Part shown: positions 1 to 9,107 of the stretch, in pieces
Numbering within the stretch: position 1 is the first letter of the stretch
How the letters are laid out: every line of letters begins with the position of its first letter
Made by a program: the position numbers and the translations under genes
Assembly: GCA_965248925.1 (NCBI GenBank)
Contig: CBDFLE010000006.1
Location: 3,077,953-3,141,952 of the forward strand
Direction: 5' to 3'
Source: Candidatus Multivoradales bacterium
GTDB lineage: Bacteria; Acidobacteriota; Thermoanaerobaculia; Multivoradales; J023
Length of the DNA: 64,000 nt
Notes under the pieces: generated by a model
Databases searched by the model: none
Told to the model about the DNA's origin: nothing
Seen by the model: only the letters and a program-made list of their open reading frames with translations

Positions 1-1
1 A

Positions 2-154
2 GGCCACCGGCGGGTGGACTATTGCGAAGACTGGCGGCAAGTGGATCAGTATCTCGGTGCCGAGGTTGCCAGCGGTGATGTAGTGCTCACCCTAGGTGCC
101 GGCGACATCGTTCGCTTGGCGCGGCGCCTGGTGGCGGCGGAGGCAGAGGTTTGA
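2..154 (+). CDS. murC: Mur ligase C-terminal fragment, most likely UDP-N-acetylmuramate--L-alanine ligase MurC (5' end outside window)
   Basis: Frame 2 reads ...GDVVLTLGAGDIVRLARRLVAAEAEV* and ends at TGA 152-154. The VLTLGAGDI tail is typical of MurC-type C-termini and the fragment lies directly upstream of ftsQ-ftsA-ftsZ. Only 50 codons are visible. Confidence 0.5.
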   Translation, partial: GHRRVDYCEDWRQVDQYLGAEVASGDVVLTLGAGDIVRLARRLVAAEAEV

Positions 155-1071
155 AGGGGCCGGGAAAAGGCGACCTGTCGCAGGCCTTTCTGCGCGGCCG
201 GAGCTCGCGGCGGCGACTCGGCTCGCAGGCTGTTGAGCGCCCCACCAGCGCCGGCGGCATCGTGCCGCCAGGAGCGGTGGCGGTCGACAATGTGGTGCCT
301 TTCAAACGTCGCCGAGGCCCGCGCCAGCGCCGCCAGCGCCGCCATCCGCTGATGCGGTTGTTGCGGCCGTTGGCGGGTGCGGTCGCCTTGGTGGGAACAC
401 CACTGGCCCTGGCGTTGTGCTTGCTGTGGGCGCCGCAGCTGGCCTTGGCCGAGGTGGAGACTCACGGTGGGGCGCGGGTGTCGGCCGTTTGGGTAGATCA
501 GGTGCTGCAGCCAGAGTTGGGTAAGAGCCTGCTGTTGTTGCCCTTGGAACGGGTGGCCGGCCAGCTGCACGAGCATCCTTGGGTGGATTCGGTGGCGTTG
601 CGCAAGCGCCTGCCGCGGACCCTGGTGGTGAGGATCGAAGAAAGGCGGGCGGTAGCGCTGGTGCGCCAAGGCCATGACCTAGCCTTCCTCGACCGCCAAG
701 GGCAGCCGATCGCCCCCTTCGACCCCCGCTTGGGGTCGTCGGATTTGCCGCTGGTGACCCGCTCCAAATCGGCGGCCACCGACTTGCGCCATGCCCTCGA
801 CATGGTCGAAGAGATTGGCCGAGTACGGCCCGATTGGGGCGCCGGGTTGTCGGAGGTCGAAGTGCTCGGCGAAGAGGATTTTAGGGTGTTTACCGACAGC
901 TTGCCCTTTCCGCTGTTGGTGAAGACTGGTGATTTTGAATCCAAGGCTCGCCGCTTGGAGACCCTGTTGCCGCAGATTGTCGAGCGCTACGGCTCGGTGG
1001 CGGCCCTCGATCTCCGTTTTGAGCGGCGGATCATTTTGCAACCTTCTGCCCGTCGGCGACGGGACGGCTGA
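151..1071 (+). CDS. ftsQ: Cell division protein FtsQ (POTRA domain)
   Basis: Arg-rich N-terminus, one TM segment (AVALVGTPLALALCLLW), then a POTRA-like core LERVAGQLHEHPWVDSVALRKRLPRTLVVRIEERRAVALV. Located between murC and ftsA. Start uncertain: TTG 151 overlaps the murC stop. Confidence 0.75.
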   Translation: MKGPGKGDLSQAFLRGRSSRRRLGSQAVERPTSAGGIVPPGAVAVDNVVPFKRRRGPRQRRQRRHPLMRLLRPLAGAVALVGTPLALALCLLWAPQLALAEVETHGGARVSAVWVDQVLQPELGKSLLLLPLERVAGQLHEHPWVDSVALRKRLPRTLVVRIEERRAVALVRQGHDLAFLDRQGQPIAPFDPRLGSSDLPLVTRSKSAATDLRHALDMVEEIGRVRPDWGAGLSEVEVLGEEDFRVFTDSLPFPLLVKTGDFESKARRLETLLPQIVERYGSVAALDLRFERRIILQPSARRRRDG

Positions 1072-1093
1072 TGGACGGAAGAGGAGACTAACC

Positions 1094-2335
1094 ATGGCCA
1101 AGACAGATCCCTATCTGGTGGCGATTGACATTGGCTCGGCGAAGGTCGGTGTGTTGATCGGCCAGCGTGATGAGCACGGCAAGCTGGAGGTCGTCGGTAA
1201 GGGCGAGGCCCCCAACCGCGGTACCCGCAAGGGCAACATCGTCAATGTCGAGCAGACCGTCGAGGCGTTGCGGCAAGCCAGCGAAGAAGCCGAGGTGATG
1301 GCGGGCTACGAGATTTCCCGCGCCTATGTCGGGGCGGCGGGCACCGACGTTCGCTCGGTCAACTCCCGGGCGATGGTGTCGGTGGCGCGGAAAGACCGCG
1401 AGATCACCCGGCAGGATATCCAGCGGGTGGTCGACGCCGCCCGGTCTGAAGCTTCTCTGCCTTCGGACCGCGAGGTGCTGCACGCCATCCCGCAGGAATT
1501 CATGGTCGATTCCCAAGGCGGCATCAGCGAGCCCTTGGGCATGCTAGGCAGCCGGCTGGAGGTAACCTTGCATCTGGTGACCGGCAACATCACCCGCACC
1601 AAGACCCTGCAAACCTGCGTCAACCGCGCCGGTATCGAGGTGGTCGAAGTGGTGTTCGAGCCCTTGGCGACCGCCGAAGCGGTGCTGTCGAACGATGAAC
1701 GCGAGCTCGGGGTGCTGCTGATCGACATCGGCTGTGGCAGCTCCGAGTACGTTTTGTTGGCCGACGGTCAAGTGCTGCACAGCGCGGTTTTACCGATCGG
1801 TGCCAGTCACTTCACCAGCGACTTGGCGATGGTGCTGCGCACTCCCTTTGCCGAGGCGGAGCTGATCAAAGTGCGTCATGGCTGCTGCATGGAGAGCCTG
1901 AGCGAAGACGGTGAGGGCGTCTCAGTGCCAGCGGTGGCCGGGGGCAGCACCCGGGTGGTGCCCAAGCGCGAGTTGTGCGAGATCCTTGAGCCGCGGGCCG
2001 ACGAGTTGCTCGGTCTGATCCGTGACGACTTGGCGAAGCAGGGTTGCGAAGACAACCTGCGTGGTGGGGTGGTGTTGACCGGTGGCGGAGCACAGCTCGA
2101 CGGCTTGCTGGAACTGACCCAGCAGACCTTCTCGGCCGGTACTCGCTACGGTACGCCGCTGGGCCTCGGTGGCCTGGTCGACGTGATCAGCGAACCCACC
2201 TGGTGTACAGCCTCGGGTCTGCTGCGTTACGGTCTGGCGGTCGAGCGCGCCGCTGGCGGCGCACGCCGCCGCAACCCCCTTTCCATGCGCGGTCTGATGG
2301 GCACCTTACGCGGTGTCTTTGCGGATCTGCTGTAA
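1094..2335 (+). CDS. ftsA: Cell division protein FtsA
   Basis: MAKTDPYLVAIDIGSAKVGVLIG..., LIDIGCGSSE and VVLTGGGAQL actin-like ATPase motifs. ATG 1094 is preceded by GAGGAG. The upstream part of the 929 ORF overlaps ftsQ and is discounted. Confidence 0.95.
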   Translation: MAKTDPYLVAIDIGSAKVGVLIGQRDEHGKLEVVGKGEAPNRGTRKGNIVNVEQTVEALRQASEEAEVMAGYEISRAYVGAAGTDVRSVNSRAMVSVARKDREITRQDIQRVVDAARSEASLPSDREVLHAIPQEFMVDSQGGISEPLGMLGSRLEVTLHLVTGNITRTKTLQTCVNRAGIEVVEVVFEPLATAEAVLSNDERELGVLLIDIGCGSSEYVLLADGQVLHSAVLPIGASHFTSDLAMVLRTPFAEAELIKVRHGCCMESLSEDGEGVSVPAVAGGSTRVVPKRELCEILEPRADELLGLIRDDLAKQGCEDNLRGGVVLTGGGAQLDGLLELTQQTFSAGTRYGTPLGLGGLVDVISEPTWCTASGLLRYGLAVERAAGGARRRNPLSMRGLMGTLRGVFADLL

Positions 2336-2395
2336 GAGAATGAACGAGAATCTGATAGAGATCGCTAGCGAACCACAGCCTGAAAGGAAAAAGAC

Positions 2396-3694
2396 ATGAT
2401 CCTCTTTGACGACGACCGCCCGGAGCAGACCGACCTGCCCATCACGCTGAGCGATCCTGACTCTCTGCCGGCGCGGATCAAGGTCGTTGGTGTCGGCGGC
2501 GGTGGTGGCAATGCGGTCGACCGCATGATCGCCGCCGAGATGCGTGGCATCGAATTCATCAGCGCCAACACCGACCTGCAGGCGCTGCGTCGGTCGGCGG
2601 CCGCCACCAAGCTCCAGCTGGGTACCAGCCTCACCCGGGGGCTTGGTGCCGGTGGCGATCCAGAAGTCGGCCGCAAGTCGGCATTGGAGGATACCGAGCG
2701 CATCTTAGAGTTGCTCGACGGTGCCGATATGGTGTTCATCACCGCTGGCCTAGGCGGTGGCTCGGGCTCTGGCGCGGCGCCGATCATCGCTTCACTGGCG
2801 GCCGAGATCGGTGCTCTGACGGTGGCTGTGGTGACCAAACCGTTCGGTTTTGAGGGACGCCGCCGGATGATGATCGCCGAGCGCGGGGTCGAGGAGCTGC
2901 GCAGCTCGGTCGATACTCTGATTACTATTCCCAATGAACGCTTACTGTCGTTTGTCGACCGCGGCACGCCCCTCGCCGAATCGTTCCTGATCGCCGACGA
3001 CGTATTGCGCCAAGCAGTGCAGGGGATCAGTGATCTGATCACCGTGCCGGGTGAGATCAATGTCGACTTCGCCGACGTCAGGTCGATCATGACCGGCATG
3101 GGCATGGCATTAATGGGCACCGGTATCGCCAAGGGCGAGAACCGAGCCTTGGAGGCCGCCCAGCGCGCGATCTCCTCGCCGCTGCTCGAAGAGACCTCGA
3201 TCGAGGGCGCCAAGGGAGTGCTGCTGAACATTTCCGGCGGTCGCGACCTAACCTTGCACGAAGTCGCCGAAGCGGCGCGGGTGATCGCCGAGGCGGTCGA
3301 TCCAGAGGCCAATATCATCTCTGGCATGGTGATCGACGACGAGATGTCGGACGAGATGAAGGTGACGGTGATCGCCACCGGCTTCGATCGGGTCGCCGAA
3401 TCCTCGCCCGAGCTGCGCCAGCGGCGTCTGAAGCCAGTGCGGATCGCCCGCTCGGTGCTGCGGGAAGAAGTCGAGCCGGTACCAGAGCCGGTCCTCCGGC
3501 GACCACCGGTGGGGAAGCGCAACGTAGCGGTCGAAGTCGAGCCGGAAATGCCAGTGGAAGAACCCCGGCAAGTACCGTTCTTCCGCAAGGTGATAGCCAG
3601 CAACCAGCCCGACGATCCAGGTGGCTACGGTCCCAACTGGTCAAATGTTGACGACTACGATATTCCCACCGTGCTGCGCAAGCAGATGGACTGA
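2396..3694 (+). CDS. ftsZ: Cell division GTPase FtsZ
   Basis: [32 protein letters not shown] (tubulin signature variant) and a C-terminal [11 protein letters not shown] anchor peptide. Confidence 0.97.
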   Translation: MILFDDDRPEQTDLPITLSDPDSLPARIKVVGVGGGGGNAVDRMIAAEMRGIEFISANTDLQALRRSAAATKLQLGTSLTRGLGAGGDPEVGRKSALEDTERILELLDGADMVFITAGLGGGSGSGAAPIIASLAAEIGALTVAVVTKPFGFEGRRRMMIAERGVEELRSSVDTLITIPNERLLSFVDRGTPLAESFLIADDVLRQAVQGISDLITVPGEINVDFADVRSIMTGMGMALMGTGIAKGENRALEAAQRAISSPLLEETSIEGAKGVLLNISGGRDLTLHEVAEAARVIAEAVDPEANIISGMVIDDEMSDEMKVTVIATGFDRVAESSPELRQRRLKPVRIARSVLREEVEPVPEPVLRRPPVGKRNVAVEVEPEMPVEEPRQVPFFRKVIASNQPDDPGGYGPNWSNVDDYDIPTVLRKQMD

Positions 3695-3972
3695 GCGAGT
3701 CACGGCAAGTTTTTTTGGTTGAACCCGGCACGGGCCTGTTTGGCGGGCTATAATTTCAGGTAGATGGTCAAATCCCCGTGATGTGGATCGGCTATCCAGG
3801 TCGGCGATCAGTCGAATTCAAGGGGCCACCGCCAATCAACCGCCGGAAAAATCACTCCGGCTCGGCGGTTTTGAGAGCAGTCAGTTGGGGTTGCGGCAGC
3901 ACCGGGGGGTCCGGTGCGGGGTTGGGTGTGCAACGAAAGCTCCTGCAGCGGAGCTGTCGAGATTTGGGGGCA

Positions 3973-5013
3973 ATGCGCACTGTGGCTACATCTAGGTATA
4001 GCGATCTGCTGGCGACCCTGACCGTCGAAGTCGATCAGGTTGTTCGTGGAACCGTGTCTGACGTGGCAGCTGCGCATGCCCTCTTGCCGAACCTTGAAGA
4101 TCTTCGCTACAACGCCCCTGAGCCGGTGGCCAAGCTGGCAGTGCGGTTGGTGAAAGCGGCGCCCAATCTTACCGGTGAAGCGGATGAACGGATATCGCTG
4201 GCTGCTGAGGCGATGGGCATTTTTGCCTCGACCAAGCGTCTAATGGGAAAGATCCGCCCGGCCGGCATCGTGCTGAGAAGAGCTTTGGCGCTGGCAGGTG
4301 ACCTGCCGGTGCGAGCTAACTTGCTGCAGCGATCGGTTGCGGTGCTGATCTTGAGCGGCCGCCTTACCGAGGCGCTCCAGGTTACTGAGACCGCGACTCG
4401 CAGCTACCTGAACCAGCGGGACCTAGTCGGCCTCGGCCGGGTATTAGTTTCTCGCGGCTGTGTGCTGTTCAATCTCGGCCACTTCCGAGAAAGCTCCGCT
4501 TGGCATTGCGCGGGTTTGCGGCTGTTGCCGGCTGAGACCCGCATTGACCGAGCTTCGGCGCTGCAGATGCTCGGCCTCATCGCCTTTCAAGGAGACGATT
4601 TCGCCACCGCCTATCGACTCCAGATACGGGCTCTTCGGATGCTCGATCCCGACGATGCCTACAACCGAGCACAGGTACGCTGGCTGCTGGCCGCGACGAC
4701 CTATCGTCGCGGCAGCATGGCACAAACAGAACTTCTTCTGCGTCAAGCGCGTTCAGCGCTGACTCACCCGTTCGATCGGGCGTTGGTCACTCTCGACCTC
4801 ATCGAGGTGTTGATCGAGCGAGGCCAGAACATGGAAGCGGTAGCCAAGGCCAAAGACATGGCTGCCTTACTGCAACCATTCCAGCGCTTGCCGATGGTTG
4901 AGGGTGCGATACTGGTGTTTGTTCGTGCGGCATTGGCCGGCGATTTGACCGAAGCCCTGGTCAACGCAACTCGTTCCAGATTGCAGCAAGTACAGCATAC
5001 GTCGGCCCAGTAG
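3973..5013 (+). CDS. Hypothetical all-helical (TPR-like) repeat protein
   Basis: Long ORF with repeated amphipathic helix pairs (e.g. ALQMLGLIAFQGDDFATAYRLQIRALRMLDPDD). I chose ATG 3973 (MRTVATSRY) because the first 65 codons of the 3778 ORF look non-protein-like. No recognisable catalytic motif. Confidence 0.4.
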   Translation: MRTVATSRYSDLLATLTVEVDQVVRGTVSDVAAAHALLPNLEDLRYNAPEPVAKLAVRLVKAAPNLTGEADERISLAAEAMGIFASTKRLMGKIRPAGIVLRRALALAGDLPVRANLLQRSVAVLILSGRLTEALQVTETATRSYLNQRDLVGLGRVLVSRGCVLFNLGHFRESSAWHCAGLRLLPAETRIDRASALQMLGLIAFQGDDFATAYRLQIRALRMLDPDDAYNRAQVRWLLAATTYRRGSMAQTELLLRQARSALTHPFDRALVTLDLIEVLIERGQNMEAVAKAKDMAALLQPFQRLPMVEGAILVFVRAALAGDLTEALVNATRSRLQQVQHTSAQ

Positions 5014-5247
5014 GGACTAGCCCATTGGAATAATCTGGCCGCCAAGGCTGAACACGGTCTGACTTAGATTCTGATGCATGGCGATACCTCGGACCGGGAC
5101 GAAGACCGGCTGAATTGCCAATGGCCGCCCGAGACCTCTCTAAGGAAGCCTAGCAAAGCACTATTGGCAATACCTGGTCCAATGGGCCTGCCAAGGGGCA
5201 ACTGCTACCGGCAATGGGCAAGAACCGGGTAGAGGAAGGCTATTGCC

Positions 5248-6393
5248 CTAGCTTTTTTTAGATTCGGCGGAGCGCTGCCCCGCCGCCCACCACAGCACAG
5301 CGAAGATCCCCAAGCTAGGACCGAGCAATGTCCGCCGGCTGGGCCAGAGGTAGAGGCGTTTGGCTTCCACCGGGCTGCGGTACCGGGCCGGGTCGCGTTG
5401 CGGTACTTGGACCTCGAGCGCCCGGCGTTGCTCCTCGGAGTACCGATGGCGACTCGCGTGACGGAAGGAATGCAGATCCAGGAAGGGGGAGAAGTACTTC
5501 TCCAGGATGCGGTTGGCTTGCCAGGCCATGTAAGGATCACCGCTGAGCAGACGCTCATTACGGTGTAGCGCGTGGGCCCCGGCTTCGGTCAGGTAGTAGT
5601 CCTCCGGTCCCAGCACTTCGAGACCATCCGGTGGTTGGGCGGCCCATTGGCGAGTGCGAGTCCGCTGGAGCGTGAGCAGCTGCTGGCGGCTGAAGCGGGA
5701 GCGGAAGCGACCGATCTCGGGATCTTCGATCTCTTGTCCCAAGTGCGCGAGGGCGAAGAAACCACTGACTGCCAGCAGAGCTACCGCGGTACCGCGGAGC
5801 AACCACCGGCATGAATTGGGTAGCAAGCTCCAGCGCCAGCGGGCTGGGGGTTTGACCCCGACTCCGAAGACCAGGCCGGCAATGCCGGCAGCCAGATCCA
5901 CCCCCACATCGCGGATCTCGCCGATCCGCTGCGGTGCCCACCATTGCACGCTCTCTTCGGCAACCGCGGCCAGCAGCGTGCCAATCAGCGGCAGCAGCAG
6001 GGTCGATAGATCGCCGCGCTGGCGAAATGCCAGGTAGAGCAGGAAGGCGATGGTGCCGTACTCCAGGATATGCACCTTCTCGACCACATCGACCCGTAGG
6101 TTGCCGGTGGCGAATCCGCGCGCTTGCAGCCAGACCAGCGCGACAGTGGCCAGCAGCACCAGGTAGCGTGGCCAGCGGTGCTCACGAATACGCAGCATCG
6201 CCCAAAGCAACAGCGCAGCGCCCACCCCCAAGAGGGTGAGCGCCAGCACCTGCAAGAACAGGCTGGGCATGCTGCGCAGCAGGAGATCGCGAATCTCTCC
6301 CATCGCCGGCGCGCTGGCGGTGACAGCCACCGCGATCATCAGGGGGGCGAGGAGCTGTCGGTGAAGTGGTTTAGAAGCTGGGGGGTCGTGCAT
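5248..6393 (-). CDS. Membrane protein with VanZ-like domain and a C-terminal soluble extension
   Basis: Multiple TM segments. KVHILEYGTIAFLLYLAF and EESVQWWAPQRIGEIRDVGVDLAAGIAGLVFG resemble the VanZ H..EY / E..Q...R...D...N..G motifs. Confidence 0.5.
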   Translation of the reverse strand: MHDPPASKPLHRQLLAPLMIAVAVTASAPAMGEIRDLLLRSMPSLFLQVLALTLLGVGAALLLWAMLRIREHRWPRYLVLLATVALVWLQARGFATGNLRVDVVEKVHILEYGTIAFLLYLAFRQRGDLSTLLLPLIGTLLAAVAEESVQWWAPQRIGEIRDVGVDLAAGIAGLVFGVGVKPPARWRWSLLPNSCRWLLRGTAVALLAVSGFFALAHLGQEIEDPEIGRFRSRFSRQQLLTLQRTRTRQWAAQPPDGLEVLGPEDYYLTEAGAHALHRNERLLSGDPYMAWQANRILEKYFSPFLDLHSFRHASRHRYSEEQRRALEVQVPQRDPARYRSPVEAKRLYLWPSRRTLLGPSLGIFAVLWWAAGQRSAESKKS

Positions 6394-6462
6394 CGGCGCT
6401 CGCTGGGCCGTCGCGGCTCGATTGCCGCCGACGACCCGATGCTATCCCGGCTTCGCGGCCAC

Positions 6463-6476
6463 ATTCTGGCCAGAAT
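6463..6476. promoter_or_regulatory. Perfect 14-bp palindrome ATTCTGGCCAGAAT, 70 nt upstream of the VanZ-like gene
   Basis: Read directly from the sequence. Self-complementary. Lies in the short gap between the DUF4097 gene end and the VanZ-like gene start. Confidence 0.2.
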
Positions 6477-6510
6477 CGGGCAAGGAGAGGGCACCGCCCG
6501 GAAACAATCG

Positions 6511-7683
6511 TTAGAGGTCCTCGCTCAGGGTCACCGAGCCCGATCCGGTGTCGATCTCGGCCCGTACCCGGCCGCTGCCGAGGGTTGCTTCGAGGTAGTC
6601 GTCTTCCTTCTTGTCAATTCGCAGACCCCCGATATCGACAAGAATTCTACCGCTGCCAGTGTTGACCGTCAGATCGACCTCCGGAAAGGGCGAAGAACGT
6701 AAGATCACCTTGCCGGACCCGGTGTCGATCACCAGCCGATCGAGGGCCGAGAGATCGCCAGCCAAGATCACATGACCGGAGCCGGTATCGGCCACCAAAC
6801 GGCCGCGGGCTACCACTCCCCGGCCGTCGATGTCGCCGGAGCCGGTATCCAGGGCCAGCTGGCCGCTAACGTCCTCCAGTTCGACATCGCCGGAGCCGGT
6901 GTCGGCGCTGATCTTGTCTGCCTGGATGTCGCGCAAGCGGATGTCGCCGGAGCCGGTGTCCGCTGTCACGTCGCCGACTACGCCGTTGATCTCAACATCG
7001 CCGGAACCGGTATCGGCCACTACGGTACCGCGGTGGTTCTCAATCTCAACATTGCCGGAGCCGGTGTCAGCGCTCAGGCTGCCCTCGCAGTCGCCGGCAT
7101 GTACTTGGCCGCTGGCCGTGTCAAGCATCAGATCCCCGTGGATCCCCAGTGCTTGGATGGCGCCAGCGACATTCTCGACCTTGGCACCGACGCCATCCGG
7201 CAGCCGCATCACGATATTGACGTACAAGGTCACCGCACCGCGGCCCTGCTTGCTAGTCACCCGCAGTCGCCGGCCCTGGTAGCGCTGCTCGGAGCCTCCC
7301 CACCAGCCCCAGCTGCCAGCACTTTGTCCGTCAGGGTAGTAGTAGGTGTCGTAGCGATCTACCGGGTAGTCGAGGTGAATCAAGGTCTCACCGCCTCGCC
7401 GATCGACTTTCAGCTTGATCAGTCCCGACATCTCGGCATCCTCGCCGACTACCTCGGCATCAATGCTGACCTGATCGCCACCGCGTTCGATGCGGATCGA
7501 GCCGGCCAGATTCTCTAGCACCACCGTCGCACCAGAGTCTGCGGCGGCGGTGGCTGACAACTCGCGTCGGTGTTCAGCTGCCAGCGGCGTGGCGACCAGT
7601 AGCAGGAGCAGGATAGAAACGAGACTTTGCCGACGCCCAGCGGAGACGCCTTGGTGTCGCGGATTGTTGCTGTCGATTCTCAT
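6511..7683 (-). CDS. DUF4097-type beta-strand repeat protein (putative adhesin-like), secreted
   Basis: About 10 copies of (A/L)DTGSG(D/N/K)(V/I) spaced ~18 aa apart. Signal-like LVSILLLLLVATPLAAE after ATG 7683 (MRIDSNN). The 5' extension of the ORF to 7839 is discounted. Confidence 0.75.
   Translation of the reverse strand: MRIDSNNPRHQGVSAGRRQSLVSILLLLLVATPLAAEHRRELSATAAADSGATVVLENLAGSIRIERGGDQVSIDAEVVGEDAEMSGLIKLKVDRRGGETLIHLDYPVDRYDTYYYPDGQSAGSWGWWGGSEQRYQGRRLRVTSKQGRGAVTLYVNIVMRLPDGVGAKVENVAGAIQALGIHGDLMLDTASGQVHAGDCEGSLSADTGSGNVEIENHRGTVVADTGSGDVEINGVVGDVTADTGSGDIRLRDIQADKISADTGSGDVELEDVSGQLALDTGSGDIDGRGVVARGRLVADTGSGHVILAGDLSALDRLVIDTGSGKVILRSSPFPEVDLTVNTGSGRILVDIGGLRIDKKEDDYLEATLGSGRVRAEIDTGSGSVTLSEDL
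6774..7068. repeat. Intragenic tandem repeat, 54-57 nt period, six units sharing the core (A/G)TCGCCGGAGCCGGT(A/G)TC
   Basis: Cores read at 6776-6789, 6832-6850, 6886-6903, 6943-6960, 6997-7014 and 7051-7068. They encode the DTGSG repeats on the minus strand. Confidence 0.8.
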
Positions 7684-7914
7684 GGGTCGATCTCCCTCGA
7701 AGCGGGTTCCAGTTCTGTTGTCGGTCATCTGCTCTGCCCCTCTGCAAACAGTAGAGGCGCTTCTGAGATGCCCGCGGTGGCGGTTCGGTTTAGTGGCTCT
7801 GCGACTTGCCATTAGGGATTTTTCTTTCCTGCCCCTCATTTGGCAGGTTTTGCGGTCTACAATGGTAGCTTCCCGATCTGGTTTCGCAGGGACTTGTCCG
7901 GTTCCGACTAGGAG

Positions 7915-9045
7915 ATGGTGGTGACGACCTCTCGATCAAGCGACGCGCTGGGCGGCACCCTCTCGGTGCCGAAGGGGGCGCAGAGTCCGCGTCTCGGCAA
8001 GGAAGAACGCCGTGAATTGCTAGCCCGAGTCGAGCGTAGCTCGGCCCGTGTTTCTCTACGTGCGGATCTTCAGCGCACTCAGCGCGCCCTCGACAGTGGC
8101 GACTTGCAAGTTGCTCGGCAGCTGGTCGATGATCTCGAAAAGAGGGACGCCCTAGCGGCGGGTTTGCCGTTGTTGCGTGACCGGCTCGAGCGAGCCGAGG
8201 CCGAGAATCGCCAGACGACTCGCTGGCGCCAGACCGAGGAACTGCTCACCCGCTACATTCAGCAGCGCAAAAGGCCTCTTGCCGAGTTGGCTTGCGATTC
8301 GCTTGCCGAGTTGGCGCCCAACCATCCCCGGCTCGACGACTATCGGCGTTGGATTCGTGACCTCGAGGGTGAAGTGGCGGAGCAGGAGAAGCTCGACGCG
8401 GTTCTCAAGCGGGCTCGTGGCGCTCTCGAGAGCGGTCGTCTCGACGAAGCCCGTCGGCAGTTGAAGGCCTTGCGCAAAGTGGATGTTGACGGTCTGTACA
8501 GCGATCCTTTTGCTCGTCAATTGGAGCAGGTGGAAAACGACAAGGCCGAGCAGCAAGGCATCGAACGCGGCAAGCAGCGGATTGAACGCCAGCTAGAGGC
8601 CGGCGAGCTGCTGGCGGCGAGTCGCGAGATCGAAGCGTTGGCGGCGCTGGCGGTGCCCAAGATCACCCTCGATTTTCTGCGCCAGCGTTTGGCCCAGACC
8701 CGGGCTCGGCTCGAGGACCAAGAGCAGCTGGTCGAACTCGAGCGTCGTTTCCGTGGCCATCTCGAAGCTCGCAATTGGGATGCTGCTCGTGATGTGGCGC
8801 ACGAAGGGGGGCGGATCTTTCCTCAGAGCCAGCGGCCGCGCGACATGTTCGACGAGGTCCATCTCCGAGAAGCCGAGGAGCGTCGGGGTCAGTCGTTGCT
8901 CCATGGCATCAACACTTTGGAGAAGTTCATTGCCGCGGGTCGACGTAGTGAAGCCGAGCTGGCCTTGACAGTGCTCGACGGGTTGCAGTTGGACCCATCT
9001 CGCCGGGCGAACTATGTCGTGCAGATTGCTCGCTTGCAGCGCTGA
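7915..9045 (+). CDS. Hypothetical helical-repeat / coiled-coil protein
   Basis: Charged helical repeats such as ALDSGDLQVARQLVDDL, ALESGRLDEARRQLKAL and LEAGELLAASREIEAL. No enzymatic motif. Ends 3 nt before the E1 ORF. Confidence 0.5.
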   Translation: MVVTTSRSSDALGGTLSVPKGAQSPRLGKEERRELLARVERSSARVSLRADLQRTQRALDSGDLQVARQLVDDLEKRDALAAGLPLLRDRLERAEAENRQTTRWRQTEELLTRYIQQRKRPLAELACDSLAELAPNHPRLDDYRRWIRDLEGEVAEQEKLDAVLKRARGALESGRLDEARRQLKALRKVDVDGLYSDPFARQLEQVENDKAEQQGIERGKQRIERQLEAGELLAASREIEALAALAVPKITLDFLRQRLAQTRARLEDQEQLVELERRFRGHLEARNWDAARDVAHEGGRIFPQSQRPRDMFDEVHLREAEERRGQSLLHGINTLEKFIAAGRRSEAELALTVLDGLQLDPSRRANYVVQIARLQR

Positions 9046-9107
9046 TCTTGACCGCATCCTCAATTCCCCTTGTCGCGGCGCCACGTCGCACTTATAGTTC
9101 GCCGCCG

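Noticed and set aside
2365-3603. 412-aa ORF antisense to ftsZ. Similar long antisense or out-of-frame ORFs occur at 21198-22025, 25830-26684, 35392-36138, 48834-49850 and 53366-54460.
   Set aside because: Each lies fully inside a gene with unmistakable conserved motifs on the other strand or frame. Their translations are Arg/Pro/Gly/Ser-rich and low in complexity. Long spurious ORFs are expected in GC-rich DNA.
7828-7851. Hairpin CCTGCC-N8-GGCAGG followed by TTTT in the divergent region upstream of the 7915 gene.
   Set aside because: No upstream plus-strand transcript exists for it to terminate. The 6-bp stem is short. It could be a leader element, but there is no supporting evidence.
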